A stretch of DNA of 63,186 bases, filler included, from Psammoneis japonica (GCA_008632985.1; 3 parts of 3 records of this genome joined end to end with filler, not necessarily neighbours in it), one strand, 5' to 3'; counted from the first letter of the whole stretch, positions 33,170 through 46,133 are shown. Numbers and translations are program-made. The notes: a model not told the origin generated them from the sequence alone.

Positions 33170-36100
33170 GTCAGGCTGCCAGAGTTGCAGCATTGCCGTG
33201 CTCTATGCAGGGTGCAAATCTCTGGGCACTCGTGGAGTTTCTAGAGACTGGGCACTCAGACAAGTCTCAGGTTGCAGAACCACCGCAGTGAAGGTCCGAC
33301 AATGTCCTCCCCTGTCCCTGGTCCTTCAAAGGCCGCTGCCCACTCCTCCTTCCCACTCAGAATTCCCATGTGCAAAACTTCACCCACCCCAAAAACTCCT
33401 CACTCATGTTCAAAACAACTCCCGCTCTGCAAAAAAGCTCTGCTCACACCCAGAAGGAGCATGCTTTGCTGCAGCACTTAAAAAATCACAACAAAACACA
33501 GCCAGCCCACACCCAGAAGCATGTTCAATGTGGTGGCAAGCATGAACAACTGTTGGTTGTGACCAGAGAGTGTCTCGCGCTGTGGGCCTGGCGAGGCGTG
33601 CAACAGCTGGGCCCAAGGAGGAGATGATGGAAATGCAAGCACAAGCAGAAAGCAAGCAACATTGTCATGACCAGCATGCCAGAGTTGAGGCCAGTGATGT
33701 GTTCCAATGCCAGTGGTGAGATCAAGCAACAAAAGACCATGTCAAGTTAAAGCTTCAACAGGGATGGCTCTTGTGCCAAAGGTTGTTTTGAAAGAGATTG
33801 ACAAGGAAAAGAGAGCTTCCTGCTAAAAGAGCAGCAGATGTCAAAATTGACTCAGCAGTTGACTTGGGGTTTGAGCAAAAGTGAGATGAGTGAACACTTT
33901 TTAGCAGCTCGTCAGGGTCGCTGCAGCGCCTCTTGGCTGCTCTCTGGCAGCCGTTTCTTGTTTTTTGTTTTTTGCTTGTGGCTTGTTGCATGGTCTCACA
34001 CTGTCAAGTTGCCAGAGTTGTTGCAGCAGCACGACAATGCCAGCTGTGTGGAGGAGTGCAGCATCTCTGGTGGGTGCTTGTGGAGTTTTTGGGAGCTTTG
34101 AACCAACAAGACAGCCTCTGGCTGCAAAGCTGTCATGTGGCAAAGATCTTGCAGCCAACGTCTTTTCCTGCCATGTCGCTTCAAAAACAGCTGCCCACTG
34201 ACTCCATCCACTCAGAACTCTGACATGCTGCAAAACTTCACGTGCCCCAAGAGCTTCTCGCTGACATTCAAAGTGACTCTCCTGCTCTGCAAAAGAGCTT
34301 TTCTCACAGTTTGCGCCAAGAAAATCTGCTCACACACAAGAGCTCACCTGCCCCAAAGCTCTGCACACAGCTGGAAAAAGCAGGCTTTTTGCCCACAACA
34401 CTCAAAGCCAAGGCTTCAGTCAGTGCCACATCCAGAAGTGCACTTTGTGCCTGCAGCACTCAAAACCAAGGCTTCTGTCAGCCCTGCAAGCACCCAGAGA
34501 TGTGCAGTGCTTTGTGCGGCAAACACAAGAGCAGCATTTTCTGGTTGTGACCAGAGTCTCTGATGCCTGCCTTGGGCAGAAGTCATGCAAACAGCTTGCT
34601 GGTCTGACCTGCTGATGAGCTTTCACTTGACTTGGCTGCTGCCATGCAAGTGGAGGTTAAAACTCTGTTCTCTTCATCAAGCCATTGAGCAAAACCGACC
34701 CCTCCAGCACTCTTGGCACAGCTGAAAACTTGCTCCAAAATTGGCTCACAACATGTGAATTTTTTGCTGAACACACAACAACTTGGCTTGTGCCCTGCAA
34801 GGGTGTCTTGCTGGGCTTTTGATCAAAATCTCATCTGTGGTGTCATTGCCTCTTTCTCATTTGGAAAACTTGGTTGTTGCTCTTGTTCAAAATTGAGATT
34901 TGCTCAATGAAAAACATGTGTTCTGGTTGTTGACCTTGCTCCTTCATTGTGAACAAATTGACTTTGACAATTCGCTGAATTGGCAAAGTGGGAGACCTGG
35001 CTTCATGAGAAAAGGCAGCTTGGCAGAGCTTTTGGGCCATGGTTGAGATTTGTCTTGAACTTGGCTGTCTTGCGTCTTGGTGTTCTTGGCTGTGCTGGCA
35101 CATTGCACCATGTTCCAATCTTTTGTGTTTCAATGAGAGTTGGTTTTTGTGATGGCTTTTCATTGCAAAACATGACAGCAATGTCCCTCCTGGCAGAAGA
35201 CAGCAGAGAACTTGTCAGTTTGGTGCATTTTCTTCAGCAAGAGTGGGTGCTGCAACACTGCTTTTTCTGCTCACCTGAGTGCAATGTTGCTGCACTTTAT
35301 TTCTTGTTTTTGTTTGTTTTTGTCAACTTGTCTGAGCTTTAAGAAACAAAAAAAGCATGGAAAAAAAGCATCAGTTTGTTGCTGTTTGCTGCAAGCTGCT
35401 TGCTCTCATGCCACAATTTTGTCCTCTTGACTTTCCTGTGGCTTTTCTGCATTGGTGTGTGCAGAGTCCTGGGTGTCATTGATGTGTTCCTGTCATGTTG
35501 TCATTGTTTGTGTGCTGCTTGGATTCATGCTGTGTTTTTGCATTGCTTTGTGTGAGAATTGCGCGCCTTTTTTCCATGGAGCCATGCCAGCTGTCCTGGC
35601 AATCATTGCCCACGTCCTTGGAAGCAGTCAGTTTTTGCAAAAAAAGCTTTTTGTCACACTCGCATTTGAAGTTTGGGGGTTTGTTTCAAGGTTGATCTTG
35701 TGGCTTGTGGCATTGTGGCCACACATGTCATGTTGTGCCCAACAGCAGCAGACTTGAACTTCCAAACTCCAGAGTGAAAGACCCCACAGCAGTGCCAGCC
35801 AACCTGACAACAGCAAGCTGAAGACTCTGGCTGTGTCTGTTGGTCCCCAGGCAACACCTTGAGAACTGCAGCTGGGCATTGCAAAGTTGATCTTGCAGCA
35901 TTGTGACTCCATGTCACCTTGTTCCCAACAGCAAAGAGTTGCTCACACCCAAAGGTTTGGTTGCCAAAGGATGGCATTTTGGATCCATGAGCAAAACTTC
36001 AAAAAGCAATGCATTGGGAGTGCCTGAAATGCAGAGAGTTGTTTTGCAGTGGCAAAATGGCTCAAGGAGAGAGGAGAAATTTGCAGCAGCATTTTTGAAA

Positions 36101-38850
36101 CAAGCTTCTTTTTGTTGGCAACACCAAAGAACTCTGTGACAAAAACAATGAGCCATCCTCCATTTCATCCTGATGCAAAGCTCATGCAAGAGCAGATCTC
36201 ATTGGAGGATTGGCTGAGGTGTGAGTTGGAAATGTGAAACTGGGCTTTGTTGGCTGGCTGCGTGCTGCACAAGAATTTTTAGAGGCTTGAAACCTTGCCA
36301 AGCTTTCCTGCTGCGAGTTGTCACAAGTGAGTCTTTGTGGCCAATCTCACCAATGATGCAGTTGTTGCAATGTGGCTTCAATTGTCCATGTTGACTTTTG
36401 CACAAAGCCAGCAAGCCAGTCGGCGCCAGCACTCAAACAAGCATGGCACACAAAAAGCCCTCTGCTGCAATTTTCTACAGCAAGAGACAAAGCTGGTGCA
36501 TTCTCACAGCAGCAACAAGGAAGAGCTGCACAGACAGCGGCCATGATTTTTGGCATTTGCCAGAAGAAATCTGCGGCCATCATGACCAAAATGGAGTGCT
36601 TGTTGTCAATCCGCAACTTCAAAGTGGCGCTGAATAAAGTGCAGATTCTTGACCCACAGCAGCAAAACCTGGGCCAATGTTGGGGCTTGTCAAAATTGTG
36701 AAAGCCAACACTGGATCATGGAAGGAAAGGACTCAAGCTTGCAGCTTTGTTGTCTGTCAAAAGGGAGCAATTCAATGAGAAGTTTGTTTTGAAAAGAGAG
36801 CATCTTTTCTTCATTGTTGTTGTCAGTCGGCTCACCATGCAGCAAGAATGGCATGGTGGGTTGCAACAGAGGGGCGCGCCATTGTCGCACACACAATCAA
36901 TCTTGGCCCTGGCCTCATTGAGCTGCTGAATGAAGCTGACCCATCTGATGCTTTTGGCACAGCCACAAACTTGGTTGTCCAAAATTGGCTCACAACATGT
37001 GCATTTTTCACTGTGCACACAATGACTTGTGAGACATGTCAAATTTTAAGGCAGCATGCCCTTGACCAGCAAAAATTGCTTGTGCTCCACAAGGGTGTCT
37101 TGAAGGGCTCTTCCTGCACTTTTTCTGTTCAAAACATGTGCAAGACATTTGGAGCTCTTTTTGTGCAGTCACTGGCTGACCTGCATCTGCAGCTGGGGCA
37201 AATTCTCATCTGTGCCACTGCCTTCCTCATCTGGAAAATGTGGTTGCTTGTGTTCAGAATTGAAATTTGCTCAATGAAAAGCCTGTGTTTTTGTTGAGTG
37301 CTCTTTCATTTTGAGCAAATCAACTTCAACAATTGCCCAAATTGGCAAAGTGGGATGAGACCAGACTCAAGGAAATTTGGTCTCACAGTGCTTGGGCTGT
37401 TGATCAGATTTGTTTTGAACTTGGCTGCCTTGCGTCTTGGCGATCTCTTGGCTGTGCTGGCACTGCATTGTGTTCCAATCTTTTGTGTTTCAACATTCCT
37501 GGCAGAAGACAGTGGAGAAGTTGTCAGTTTGTTGCATTTTCTTTGGCAAGTGTGGCACAATGCCTCCATTTTTGCTCGCCTGTGTGCACAATGTTGCAGC
37601 ACTTTGTTTCTTGTCTTTTTTTGTTTTTGTCAATTTGTGAAAGGAAAGTGCCAGTGTTTGTCATTGTTTGCTCCAAGCTGCTTGCTCCCATGTCACACTT
37701 CTGACCTCTTGCCTTTCCTGTGGCTTTTTTGACTTTGCTGGTGTGCGCCGAGTCCTGCGGGTGTTGTTGATGTCTTTTTCTGCAATGTTGTCATTGCTCG
37801 TGTGCTGCTGCTCTTGGGCACATCTTGTGTTTTTGCAGTTGTTGCAATGTGGCTTCAATTGTCCATGTTGGCCTTCGCACAAAGCCAACAAGCAAATTGG
37901 CGCCAGCACTTGAACAAGTGCGACACACAAAAAACCCTCTGTGCAATCTTCTGCAGCAAGAGACAAAGAAAAGAAGATGCATTTTCAGAGCAAGGGCAAG
38001 AAAGAGCTGTGCAAAGAGTGGAGACAATTTGGTGTTTGCCAGCAGAAATCTGCTGCTGTGGCCAAAATGGAGTGCAGTGTGCAAGCATGGACCATCAGCC
38101 CAGACAACTTGACACCCCAAAAAGTGTTTGCAGCGTGCTTGTTGTCAATCTGCAGCTTTAAAGTGGCATTGAATGAAGTGAAGATGGACTCACAACAGCA
38201 ATCTGAGTTGATGTTGGAATTGAGTTGCTGTTGGAATTTGTCAAAATTGTGCAAGCCAAGCCAAGCTGGGCAGAAGGAAAGGACCCAAGCTCACGGCTTT
38301 GCACACTGTCAAAAGGGGCTGGTTCGGTGAGAAGTTTGTTTTGAAGAGAGAGCCTCTTTTCATTGAACATCAAGTTGCAACAGAGGGGCACACCACATGC
38401 AAACAACAGATCTTGGTGCTGGCTGAGTTGTGTGGTGGTGCCCAATGCAACAAAGAGACAAAGAGCACAACAGAAAAAAAAAAACATGGAAAAGACCCCC
38501 ATGGCTGCTGAAAAAATTGACTGTCAAGAACCTCAAATGATGATGGCTTTGTTCTTGGCAACACTGGAAAATGAACCAGCATCAGAACACTGTTTGGAGT
38601 CACAGCTGCAGTGACTGCCTTGGCTTGCTTTTGAAAAATTTTGGCATCTGTGGAGAGTGCAAAACCACAGGCACAAAAAATTTGTTCCTCGCGTCAACGG
38701 ATCTTCTTCTTGTCAAGCACAAAGAACATGTTGCAGACATGCTGACTGAAAGCTTGGCATGAATTGTTGGTGTTTGCCAAATTGCTGAACCGCTGCATGC
38801 TGGATGCCGTGGCAACGCAATGTCCATCCTGCACCTTCTTGGTCGAGGTG
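33170..38850. mobile_element. Extremely decayed TE domain with internal tandem duplications
   Basis: Near-absence of TA and CG. Duplicated blocks ~33350-33570/34200-34560, ~34640-35560/36900-37830 and ~36355-36910/37835-38420. Confidence 0.65.
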
Positions 38851-39134
38851 AGCTGTTGACTGCGGTAAAACTCGGGACTGCGACAGCGCAGCGGCAATTC
38901 AATGCCGATTTTATCATGGATCTCCAAAGGAGACATTTCCTGTCGAAGGCAATGACCTAACATAAATTGTAATCCACCACTAAGATATTTTAAAAATTTT
39001 CGATGACCTTTTGAATGACCAGCATTTGAAACAAGAGTCATGCGGTGGTGGTTGCCACACAAGCTTCCATTTTTTTTGCGGCGCAGTTACCATCGCATTT
39101 GATCCCTCCATTTTGCAATCAAGTCCGAGAGACC

Positions 39135-41453
39135 ATGAGGACACTTACTCAAACGTACATCCCGATTGTAGTGATACTTAGCTTTTCCCTTGGGTTCTTT
39201 CTTCATTACGCCCTAGACAAAGACTGGCGAAGTCTTATTCAAGCTGAAACGACACATCGCAGGAGTGACACCACCACCAGTGTCGAAACCGACGGGGGCG
39301 AGTCATTAGTTGTTGCGGCGGCTGACGAGCAAATCAATGATGCTCCGCTCTTTGTATTGCATGTGGGACCGAAGGAAACAGGAGGCCCAGAAATCCAGTG
39401 GTATTCTGCAAAATACAGAAACATCCTCGAGCAAGACAATTTCTATTACCTCGGCAACTGGAGAGAACAGCCTTATTCGAAGCTTCAAGGCCTGTACCAG
39501 GTATGTTTTAAGGCCAGGAGTGTTTTGAATGAGAATGAATGCAAACGCAAATGGACCGACCTACAAAAAGAGGTGGACCTTCACTTTGCACAGAAACATA
39601 ACGTCTTCGTCGCGGAAGACCTTCTTTCAGCATTTCATGATGAACGAGACGCCAACGAACACTTGTGGAAGTTTCTTGTACCCATGTTAAGCAAGTGGCG
39701 CGTTCGCATCATCTATTCTTATCGCCGCTACTATGAATGGCTCCCGAGTAAGTACAATCAATTGTACAACCCCCAAAAGGGAGGAAAGCGAGAACGCTGG
39801 CCGGATGGCGGAGGTAGAGTGACCCCAACACTTGCAAGCTACATGACCTACTTTCTTACCAACAAAGACCACAAAAAACCCCCAACCATCAAGGCGAGAT
39901 GGGAGGAACACTTTCCAGGAAGTGTTCAGGTGTTCAATACCCACGAGAACGACGATCTGATTTCAGGTTTTTTCTGCAGCATGCTTCCCGAGGCATCCAA
40001 GGCTTGCGTCCATGCGACTACGTCGCGTGGCGATTTATCAATCCTCTACAAACAGGCCGGGCTATATCAGCATGGGCCCAATCGTATTCGATATGATATG
40101 CTTGCTCTTGAAGCCGCTGAGCGAGGATGGATCAACAAGGCCATGTCGCGTTCAGTCGCCATTGAAGCGATTGAAAAGTATTCCAAGGAGGAGCTCGGAC
40201 GCCACAACCTTACCGACTTTCAAACAACATGCTTGTCGGCTAGTGACCGCAAGATAGTCTTGGAAGCCACGCTAGAGCTAGAACAGGAAATGGCATCTTC
40301 ACCCGCCAGTGAGTTAGAAATAAAGGCTGACATTAAAAGGGGCCACGATAACGGAGTGTTTTGCTCCGTCGACGCCGAATGGGAATTTCAGAGAGACGGG
40401 AGGTGGCGAAGGTTCTTTAAGCGCTTCAATTCAGATATGGAAGTACAACTGCCAGTGTTGGATGAAATCAAAATCGACAAGAATGCACGCATACCGCCGC
40501 TTTCGGAATCTCTGGTTGCACCAGCCAAACTCCTGTGCCTTTATGTCGGAGACGAGGGGAGTACCGTCATGTCTGAGAGTTTGAGGGAACATCCTCATGT
40601 ATACAGTCCCGCATGGAAAATTGAACCAGTGAATCCTCGTAACTGGGACGAAGAAAACTTCTCACTGAAGAAACAATTGGAAGCGATTCGGTTTCTGCTC
40701 CGAATGTCAAGTAATATCCACAAATTTCAAACCAAGCCGGGGTTGTATATTGAAGAGGACATACTAGTTGCGAAGGTTGGGGACGCCCGTGCTACCTATC
40801 TAAAGGCACGCGTTTGCAAGAATATGGAAAACAAAACAAGGACTTGGACCGATTGCATGACAGAGGTGATTGATGACTTGGTTTGTGGTGAACCAGAAGA
40901 CACGATTGATCACTTGATTCTGCCCGTGCGGTATGGCTTTGATAGGATTTGCAGCAAGTTTGTGCATCAGCACAAGGCCCTCTACAAGCGACTGTCACAA
41001 TTCCATGGTGATAACAGGGATAAGACGAAGAATGTAACCGTGGCGTTTTCAAAGAACGAAGCAGCAAGGCTCGTTGTTGAACAAGAAGACTACCTACAAG
41101 ATTTTCTTGAGACTGTACGTGTGGCTCAGTCAAGATGCCCTGATCAATCGAGAAAGGCACAGATTCATATCTTTGATTACGACAGAGCCAAGAAGATTGG
41201 AGTGAAAACTGCTCTGACCGAGTTGTTTGCGGATATTGGCCTCCGACACGAGGAGGGAGATCTGCAACTGGGTGACTTGGCGGACAGAAAGCCTAGCAAC
41301 TACTGCGAGAAGATCTTTGACGACGACTCTCAAGTAGTGCTGAAGGATGCTGAGATCAAGTACAATCAATGGTTACGAAATACATGTGAAGGGGAAGACA
41401 CTATCCTTGGTGTAGCACACTTGACGAAGAATGAAAATGAAAAAAGGGAATAA
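39135..41453 (+). CDS. Type II membrane protein with sulfotransferase-like P-loop domain(s)
   Basis: N-terminal TM; LHVGPKETG (cf. LH.GP.KTG), YRRYYEWLPSKYNQ, FFC..LP; second degenerate LREHPHVY segment; 773-codon open frame from ATG 39135. Confidence 0.72.
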   Translation: MRTLTQTYIPIVVILSFSLGFFLHYALDKDWRSLIQAETTHRRSDTTTSVETDGGESLVVAAADEQINDAPLFVLHVGPKETGGPEIQWYSAKYRNILEQDNFYYLGNWREQPYSKLQGLYQVCFKARSVLNENECKRKWTDLQKEVDLHFAQKHNVFVAEDLLSAFHDERDANEHLWKFLVPMLSKWRVRIIYSYRRYYEWLPSKYNQLYNPQKGGKRERWPDGGGRVTPTLASYMTYFLTNKDHKKPPTIKARWEEHFPGSVQVFNTHENDDLISGFFCSMLPEASKACVHATTSRGDLSILYKQAGLYQHGPNRIRYDMLALEAAERGWINKAMSRSVAIEAIEKYSKEELGRHNLTDFQTTCLSASDRKIVLEATLELEQEMASSPASELEIKADIKRGHDNGVFCSVDAEWEFQRDGRWRRFFKRFNSDMEVQLPVLDEIKIDKNARIPPLSESLVAPAKLLCLYVGDEGSTVMSESLREHPHVYSPAWKIEPVNPRNWDEENFSLKKQLEAIRFLLRMSSNIHKFQTKPGLYIEEDILVAKVGDARATYLKARVCKNMENKTRTWTDCMTEVIDDLVCGEPEDTIDHLILPVRYGFDRICSKFVHQHKALYKRLSQFHGDNRDKTKNVTVAFSKNEAARLVVEQEDYLQDFLETVRVAQSRCPDQSRKAQIHIFDYDRAKKIGVKTALTELFADIGLRHEEGDLQLGDLADRKPSNYCEKIFDDDSQVVLKDAEIKYNQWLRNTCEGEDTILGVAHLTKNENEKRE

Positions 41454-41557
41454 CTGTACATTCAAAATTAAGTCTTTCGCGTTTGCACAATCCATAGAGA
41501 TAGGATTATTCTGATATCATATTCATCGCTTCCTTACACCTGTACTGTCCTGTCTGA

Positions 41558-42564
41558 CTACGCTGGAGACGGCTTTGCAGAATGCCTCTTGGAAACTTGC
41601 ATGCTTTCGTCCACATCAACCAATTCGCTTCTAAACACGGGTTGAACTTGTTCCGCGTCCATCAAGTCTTGGTCACGCAAACGAGCAGCCTTGGCATCCC
41701 AAGAATACACCGCAGTGGCGAACGAAATCCAATCATGAATCATGCGTCGGTCTCGTCTCACAAACGAAACCACAAAGCCAACCACAATAAGAAAGAACCA
41801 CGGTGTAAAGAGAGAAAAGACAAAGGCCGAAATCACCCCCAGCTTTTTCCCGCCACTGGATACAATTAATATTCCCACCATGGCACGTCCAACGGTGCGT
41901 CCTGTGAGGGCAAGTGACACAAAGTTATAAATCACACACCATCCGTAGTATATCAATCCAAAGAGCAACGAATTCTTGTCGGTTGCGTAGTCCTCGTCCG
42001 TAAAAACGCCATAAACAGACTCAAAAATCATAACAGCCAATCCAAATATAAGCGTGGTAATGACGGCATCAATAATCCAACCCGAAAGCCTCGAAATACA
42101 GCCAGCGCAACGTCCCTGTAGAGCAACAGCTCGAAGCGACGGCTTCTTGGGGTACATGGGCATTGGGTCTTCTTTGCGCCGGGGGCTGGTGGCAAATCAT
42201 GATAAAAGTGGTTACATCTCGTGCACTTGCATCGAAACAGAGAAAACAAGACTTCATCTAAAAGCGCTAGCTGAAGTCTTACTCCATCCATGAGGTTGGA
42301 AAACACACCGGCGGAGGACTGAGTGATGATTCTCGGCAAGTCCGATCGGTCTACGAGTTCTTGAACGTCGACTCTCGCAAGCACTGCGTCCATGTCGACT
42401 CTATCCAAGAGCCTGTTGATATCGATACGATCCAAGTGACGATTGATGTCAATGTTATCCAGAAGAGCGTCCACATCTACACGTTGTACAACGCCGTCGA
42501 CGTCAACAAATTCCACAATCGGAGAAACTACCGATCCAATAGCGCGACCTAGAGCTCGACTCAT
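41558..42564 (-). CDS. RDD-family membrane protein with N-terminal D(V/I)xxL(L/V)DR(V/I) repeats; one frameshift near 42165
   Basis: AG..SRL...IID, GRTVGRAMVGI, RRMIHDW...TAV RDD motifs in ORF 41558-42163; repeat region in ORF 42028-42564. Confidence 0.8.
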
Positions 42565-42669
42565 GTTGCTTATTTCAGTCTAACTCAAAAGAGTCAATCG
42601 TAAGGACGGATTCTTTAGACAGAAAGGTATTGCTTTGGGTTATTACAAGAGGAAAAGAGGGCTATGTTT

Positions 42670-44170
42670 CAGCACATTGGCGTTTCAGGCGTCATCGTGA
42701 TTCGCCTCTGAAAAATGAGAAAGAAAAAGCCATAGATTGGGGGGCGTCTTTGGAAGTGAGATCGTCGAAGGCGGTCTGATCGCCAGTGCGTTTGGGGGTT
42801 TTCCCAGTACATTTTGTACGCGCAAGAAAACACGTAGGATCTGTCCAGAGGTCCCAAATACCCAATCGCACTGATTGATAGACTGTTTTAGTACAAATTC
42901 TACGTAACTTTCTTCGACAGTCTCACTTCCGAAGACGTCCCCCAAGATAGACCGCGCGAGCGAAATAAGAACGTCAATCCGTCCGTCCGCTCATTGTCGC
43001 GTCCGTCGAGCGTCGAGGCGAGCGCTGTCCCCATTCCCCCGACCGGCGAGACACGCGACACACGCAGACGTTTCACTGCCGCTTTTCTCGCTGGCAGTCC
43101 TTTACACATTGAGGATGAGTGAGCTCGCTTTATAATGCTTGCAACAGATGGCTGGAGAAGGCTTTACAAGCACAGCTGCTGCCTGGGTGGCAGGGTCCTC
43201 AGAGCGAGGGTGGGAGAGAGTGTGGTGCTGCGGGGGCAGCTGGCAGAGCACGTGCTCTCTCTCTCTTTCTGCCTGACGCTTTTGCACCTTGTTGTTGGTG
43301 TGCAGGAGAGCCTTCCTTGGCTCTTCATGAGAGTGACCCCAACAGGGCAGAGGCTGAGCTGCACGCAGGGCTCAAGCATCATGGCAGCAATTGCCCGCAT
43401 GTTTGGCGCACATGGCACAGGCAAGCGCAGCATTCCAGCACACAAAACAAGAGACACAGAGGTGTGCAGAGCAGCTCTTGCTTCTGGTGCCAGCAGCATG
43501 GGGCTCATCACAAACTGCTTTGAGCGACAACAAGAAAACGATGCTGTCAAGCTGAGCCCGCGCTGCTCTTGGGTTGAAGAAAATGGCTTGATTCTGGTGG
43601 GCAGCGCACAGGCCGGCCAGTCAGACGATGCTGTTCTTGTTTCTTGTGTGGATTGCTTCGCTTTGGCTCCTTTGGAGCAAGACTTGACTTTGGAGAGCAG
43701 ATCTCAAAAAACTTTCAAGTTTGGTGCAAAGCTCAAGAAGAAACTTGACGTTGGGGCAGAACTCTCGAGAAGTTTGCTGGTGCAAAAAACTTGACTCTTT
43801 GTTGGCGGTGTGGCACAGCCAGCCAACAGGAGCTCTCACAACGATGCTGCTCAGCTTTGTGTTGGTGTGGCTGGGAATGATGCTGTTGGGTCACCACAAG
43901 TGCCATGGCAAATGACCCATTTGATGACATCATGATGTTGTGTTTTTGGCATTCGGGACGCTGATGACAACAACCCCTCGCATCATTTCATGCAGACACA
44001 ACGAACACACGCACAGGCGCTCAGCAAAAGCGTGCAATTTCGTTTTTTTACAAAAATGCAATACGTTTTTGCAAAAAACAGAATTGTTCAGAATTGGAAC
44101 GAAAACACACATTTCAACCTTTATGCATGCGCATCACGCACACAACATCTCGCACTTCACTGTGCGATGA
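42670..44170. mobile_element. TE relic between divergent RDD and BTB genes; left end unmutated, interior TpA-depleted
   Basis: Contains the dispersed repeat shared with 2064-2293; TA essentially vanishes from ~43170 to ~44040. Confidence 0.55.
42737..42944 (-). repeat. Dispersed repeat, near-ancestral copy
   Basis: Retains 9 TA and ~14 CG dinucleotides relative to the 2064-2293 copy. Confidence 0.85.
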
Positions 44171-44264
44171 TCACGTTGATGGCATTGCCGCTGCCGCCGC
44201 CGCTCTAAGTTGTATCATTTTACTGCTTTCGATCAACTCACTCCGTCCATATACATACAGTACA

Positions 44265-45356
44265 ATGTTCTTTCCTAACCCGAACGAACGAGCTGTGTTC
44301 GTTCCTGATCGGAATGAACGAGGTGAAGGCGCACCTTCGTTTCGCTTTGGCTTTGATGACAGAAATGAGAGGGCCATCAAGAGGCGACGAATCATGGCGG
44401 AAGACTGTGAGTCTGATCACGAACCCGAAAAGCCTGAGATTTACAACCTGAGCTGGCGATGAACGAGGAGGAGAGCAAGAGCGATTGGTTATTCGTATTT
44501 CGTTCGTGGAAGAAGCGTCGGGAGAGAATAAAGTGAACGAGTACCACGTGCACCAGAGCATCCTATCTGCTGGTGCCAGAAAGAGTGACTACTTCTGCTC
44601 GCTCTTCACAATAACTATGCCGAGCAACAGGCGCAAACGAGCAACATTGAATTGCCAGAGCTTGCTGCGAAAGCGTTTCCAGCCATGTTGGATTACATGT
44701 ATGCGGCAGACGATACTCTGGAGATTAGCACGGAGAATGCTGCGGCTCTGTATCATTTAGCTCAGTACTTTGGAGTACAACGCTTGCGTTGGAAGGCAAA
44801 AAACTTTTGGGCAGAGGACTTGGACCATGTTACATGTGGAACGTATGTCGAGCATGCTAAAGCCTTGAACGAGGAAAAGTTGTTGAAGGCTGCTGTTGAC
44901 ACTTGCGTGGATGATATTGTGCGCGTAGAGACAACGTCGCGGCTTGTGCACGTTGGCGACCTGGACTTGTGGCATGACTTATTGACAAGGGTACCCAAGG
45001 ATGTCGAAAAGAGTAAGCACATGAGTTTGCTTGTTGCTGCCTTGGTAGAGAATTTCGAGGTGGATGCTGCTGGCCTCGAGTTGATCGCTGCAGACGATGT
45101 CTTGCCCAACATTCATTTCAATGCTGCGATTGGGCTTTTGGATGCCGAGCGCAAAACTCTCGAAGCAAGCTACAGTGCTCTAACGTCGCTGCAAAAGCGG
45201 TGCATTGGCGCTCTTGTCGAGGGCTGGAGTCGAATTGATCTTTCAAACGTCAATCGGATCAGGCTGCTGCATCCTTCTATTCTCGGTGAAATCGTGGTTC
45301 AATCAATGAAGAAAGCACAGGATCGTGTTCCTTTCTTGTTTGGCGCTGCTCCTTGA
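44265..45356 (+). CDS. BTB/POZ-domain protein (about three 1-nt frameshifts at ~44458, ~44488, ~44610)
   Basis: LSWR..EESKSDW, YHVHQSILSAG...S.YF..LF, IELPE....FPAMLDYMY, ENAAAL..LA.YFGV; pieces join if single bases are restored. Confidence 0.8.
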
Positions 45357-46033
45357 AGTCGTTCATGGATAGACTCTTGTTGCTTGTATTGGTCATGGGG
45401 ATGATACACCGCAAGCTCAGAAGCGACCGGGATGGAAGTTTGATTTACTTTTACTGTGTGAAAATGATAGGCGCGGTTTGCTCTTTTTACCGTGGGTCTG
45501 GGGATGTTGCGGTATGGACGACAATTTCATAGGCGATACAAATAGAAGAAATCAGAATGGTCGTCCTGCTCTAGCTAGCGCAGTTGCTTTCCACATTAGG
45601 TTTTAATGGAATGGAGATCTTTGTTGCACGTTGCCTGACGCGATACCGGTACGGGTTGACACGTGAGAGAAAATGTTCTCCATTATTCAAATTGACTGCA
45701 TACGTCGTGTAGTTTTCAACTCTCTACAAATCCATTGAAACAGCTGCCACTACTCTAGAGAGCAGACATGATCAGTTTTAAACTTAAAAAGCACAGAGTT
45801 TCTGGCCAACGTGGAACGCGAAGTCGTCAGGTAAGATGAGCGCTCCCTCTGCTGCTGTAACTCTCTAGCGTGCCGATCGCAGACACGCAGACAAGCTGAC
45901 AAGCAAAATAAGACACACCCGAGATCAAATGGGGGACCGCGGTATGAATTTACGTGCGTGCCTCACCGTGTTGTAAAAATGAAAAGCCACAACTGCTTCT
46001 GAGCACACTCAACAATTGGAAGAACACTCTGCT

Positions 46034-46133
46034 NNNNNNNNNNNNNNNNNNNNNNNNNNNNNNNNNNNNNNNNNNNNTTAATTAATTAANNNNNNNNNNN
46101 NNNNNNNNNNNNNNNNNNNNNNNNNNNNNNNNN
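46034..46133. other. Artificial contig linker
   Basis: N-run + TTAATTAATTAA + N-run. Confidence 0.97.
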
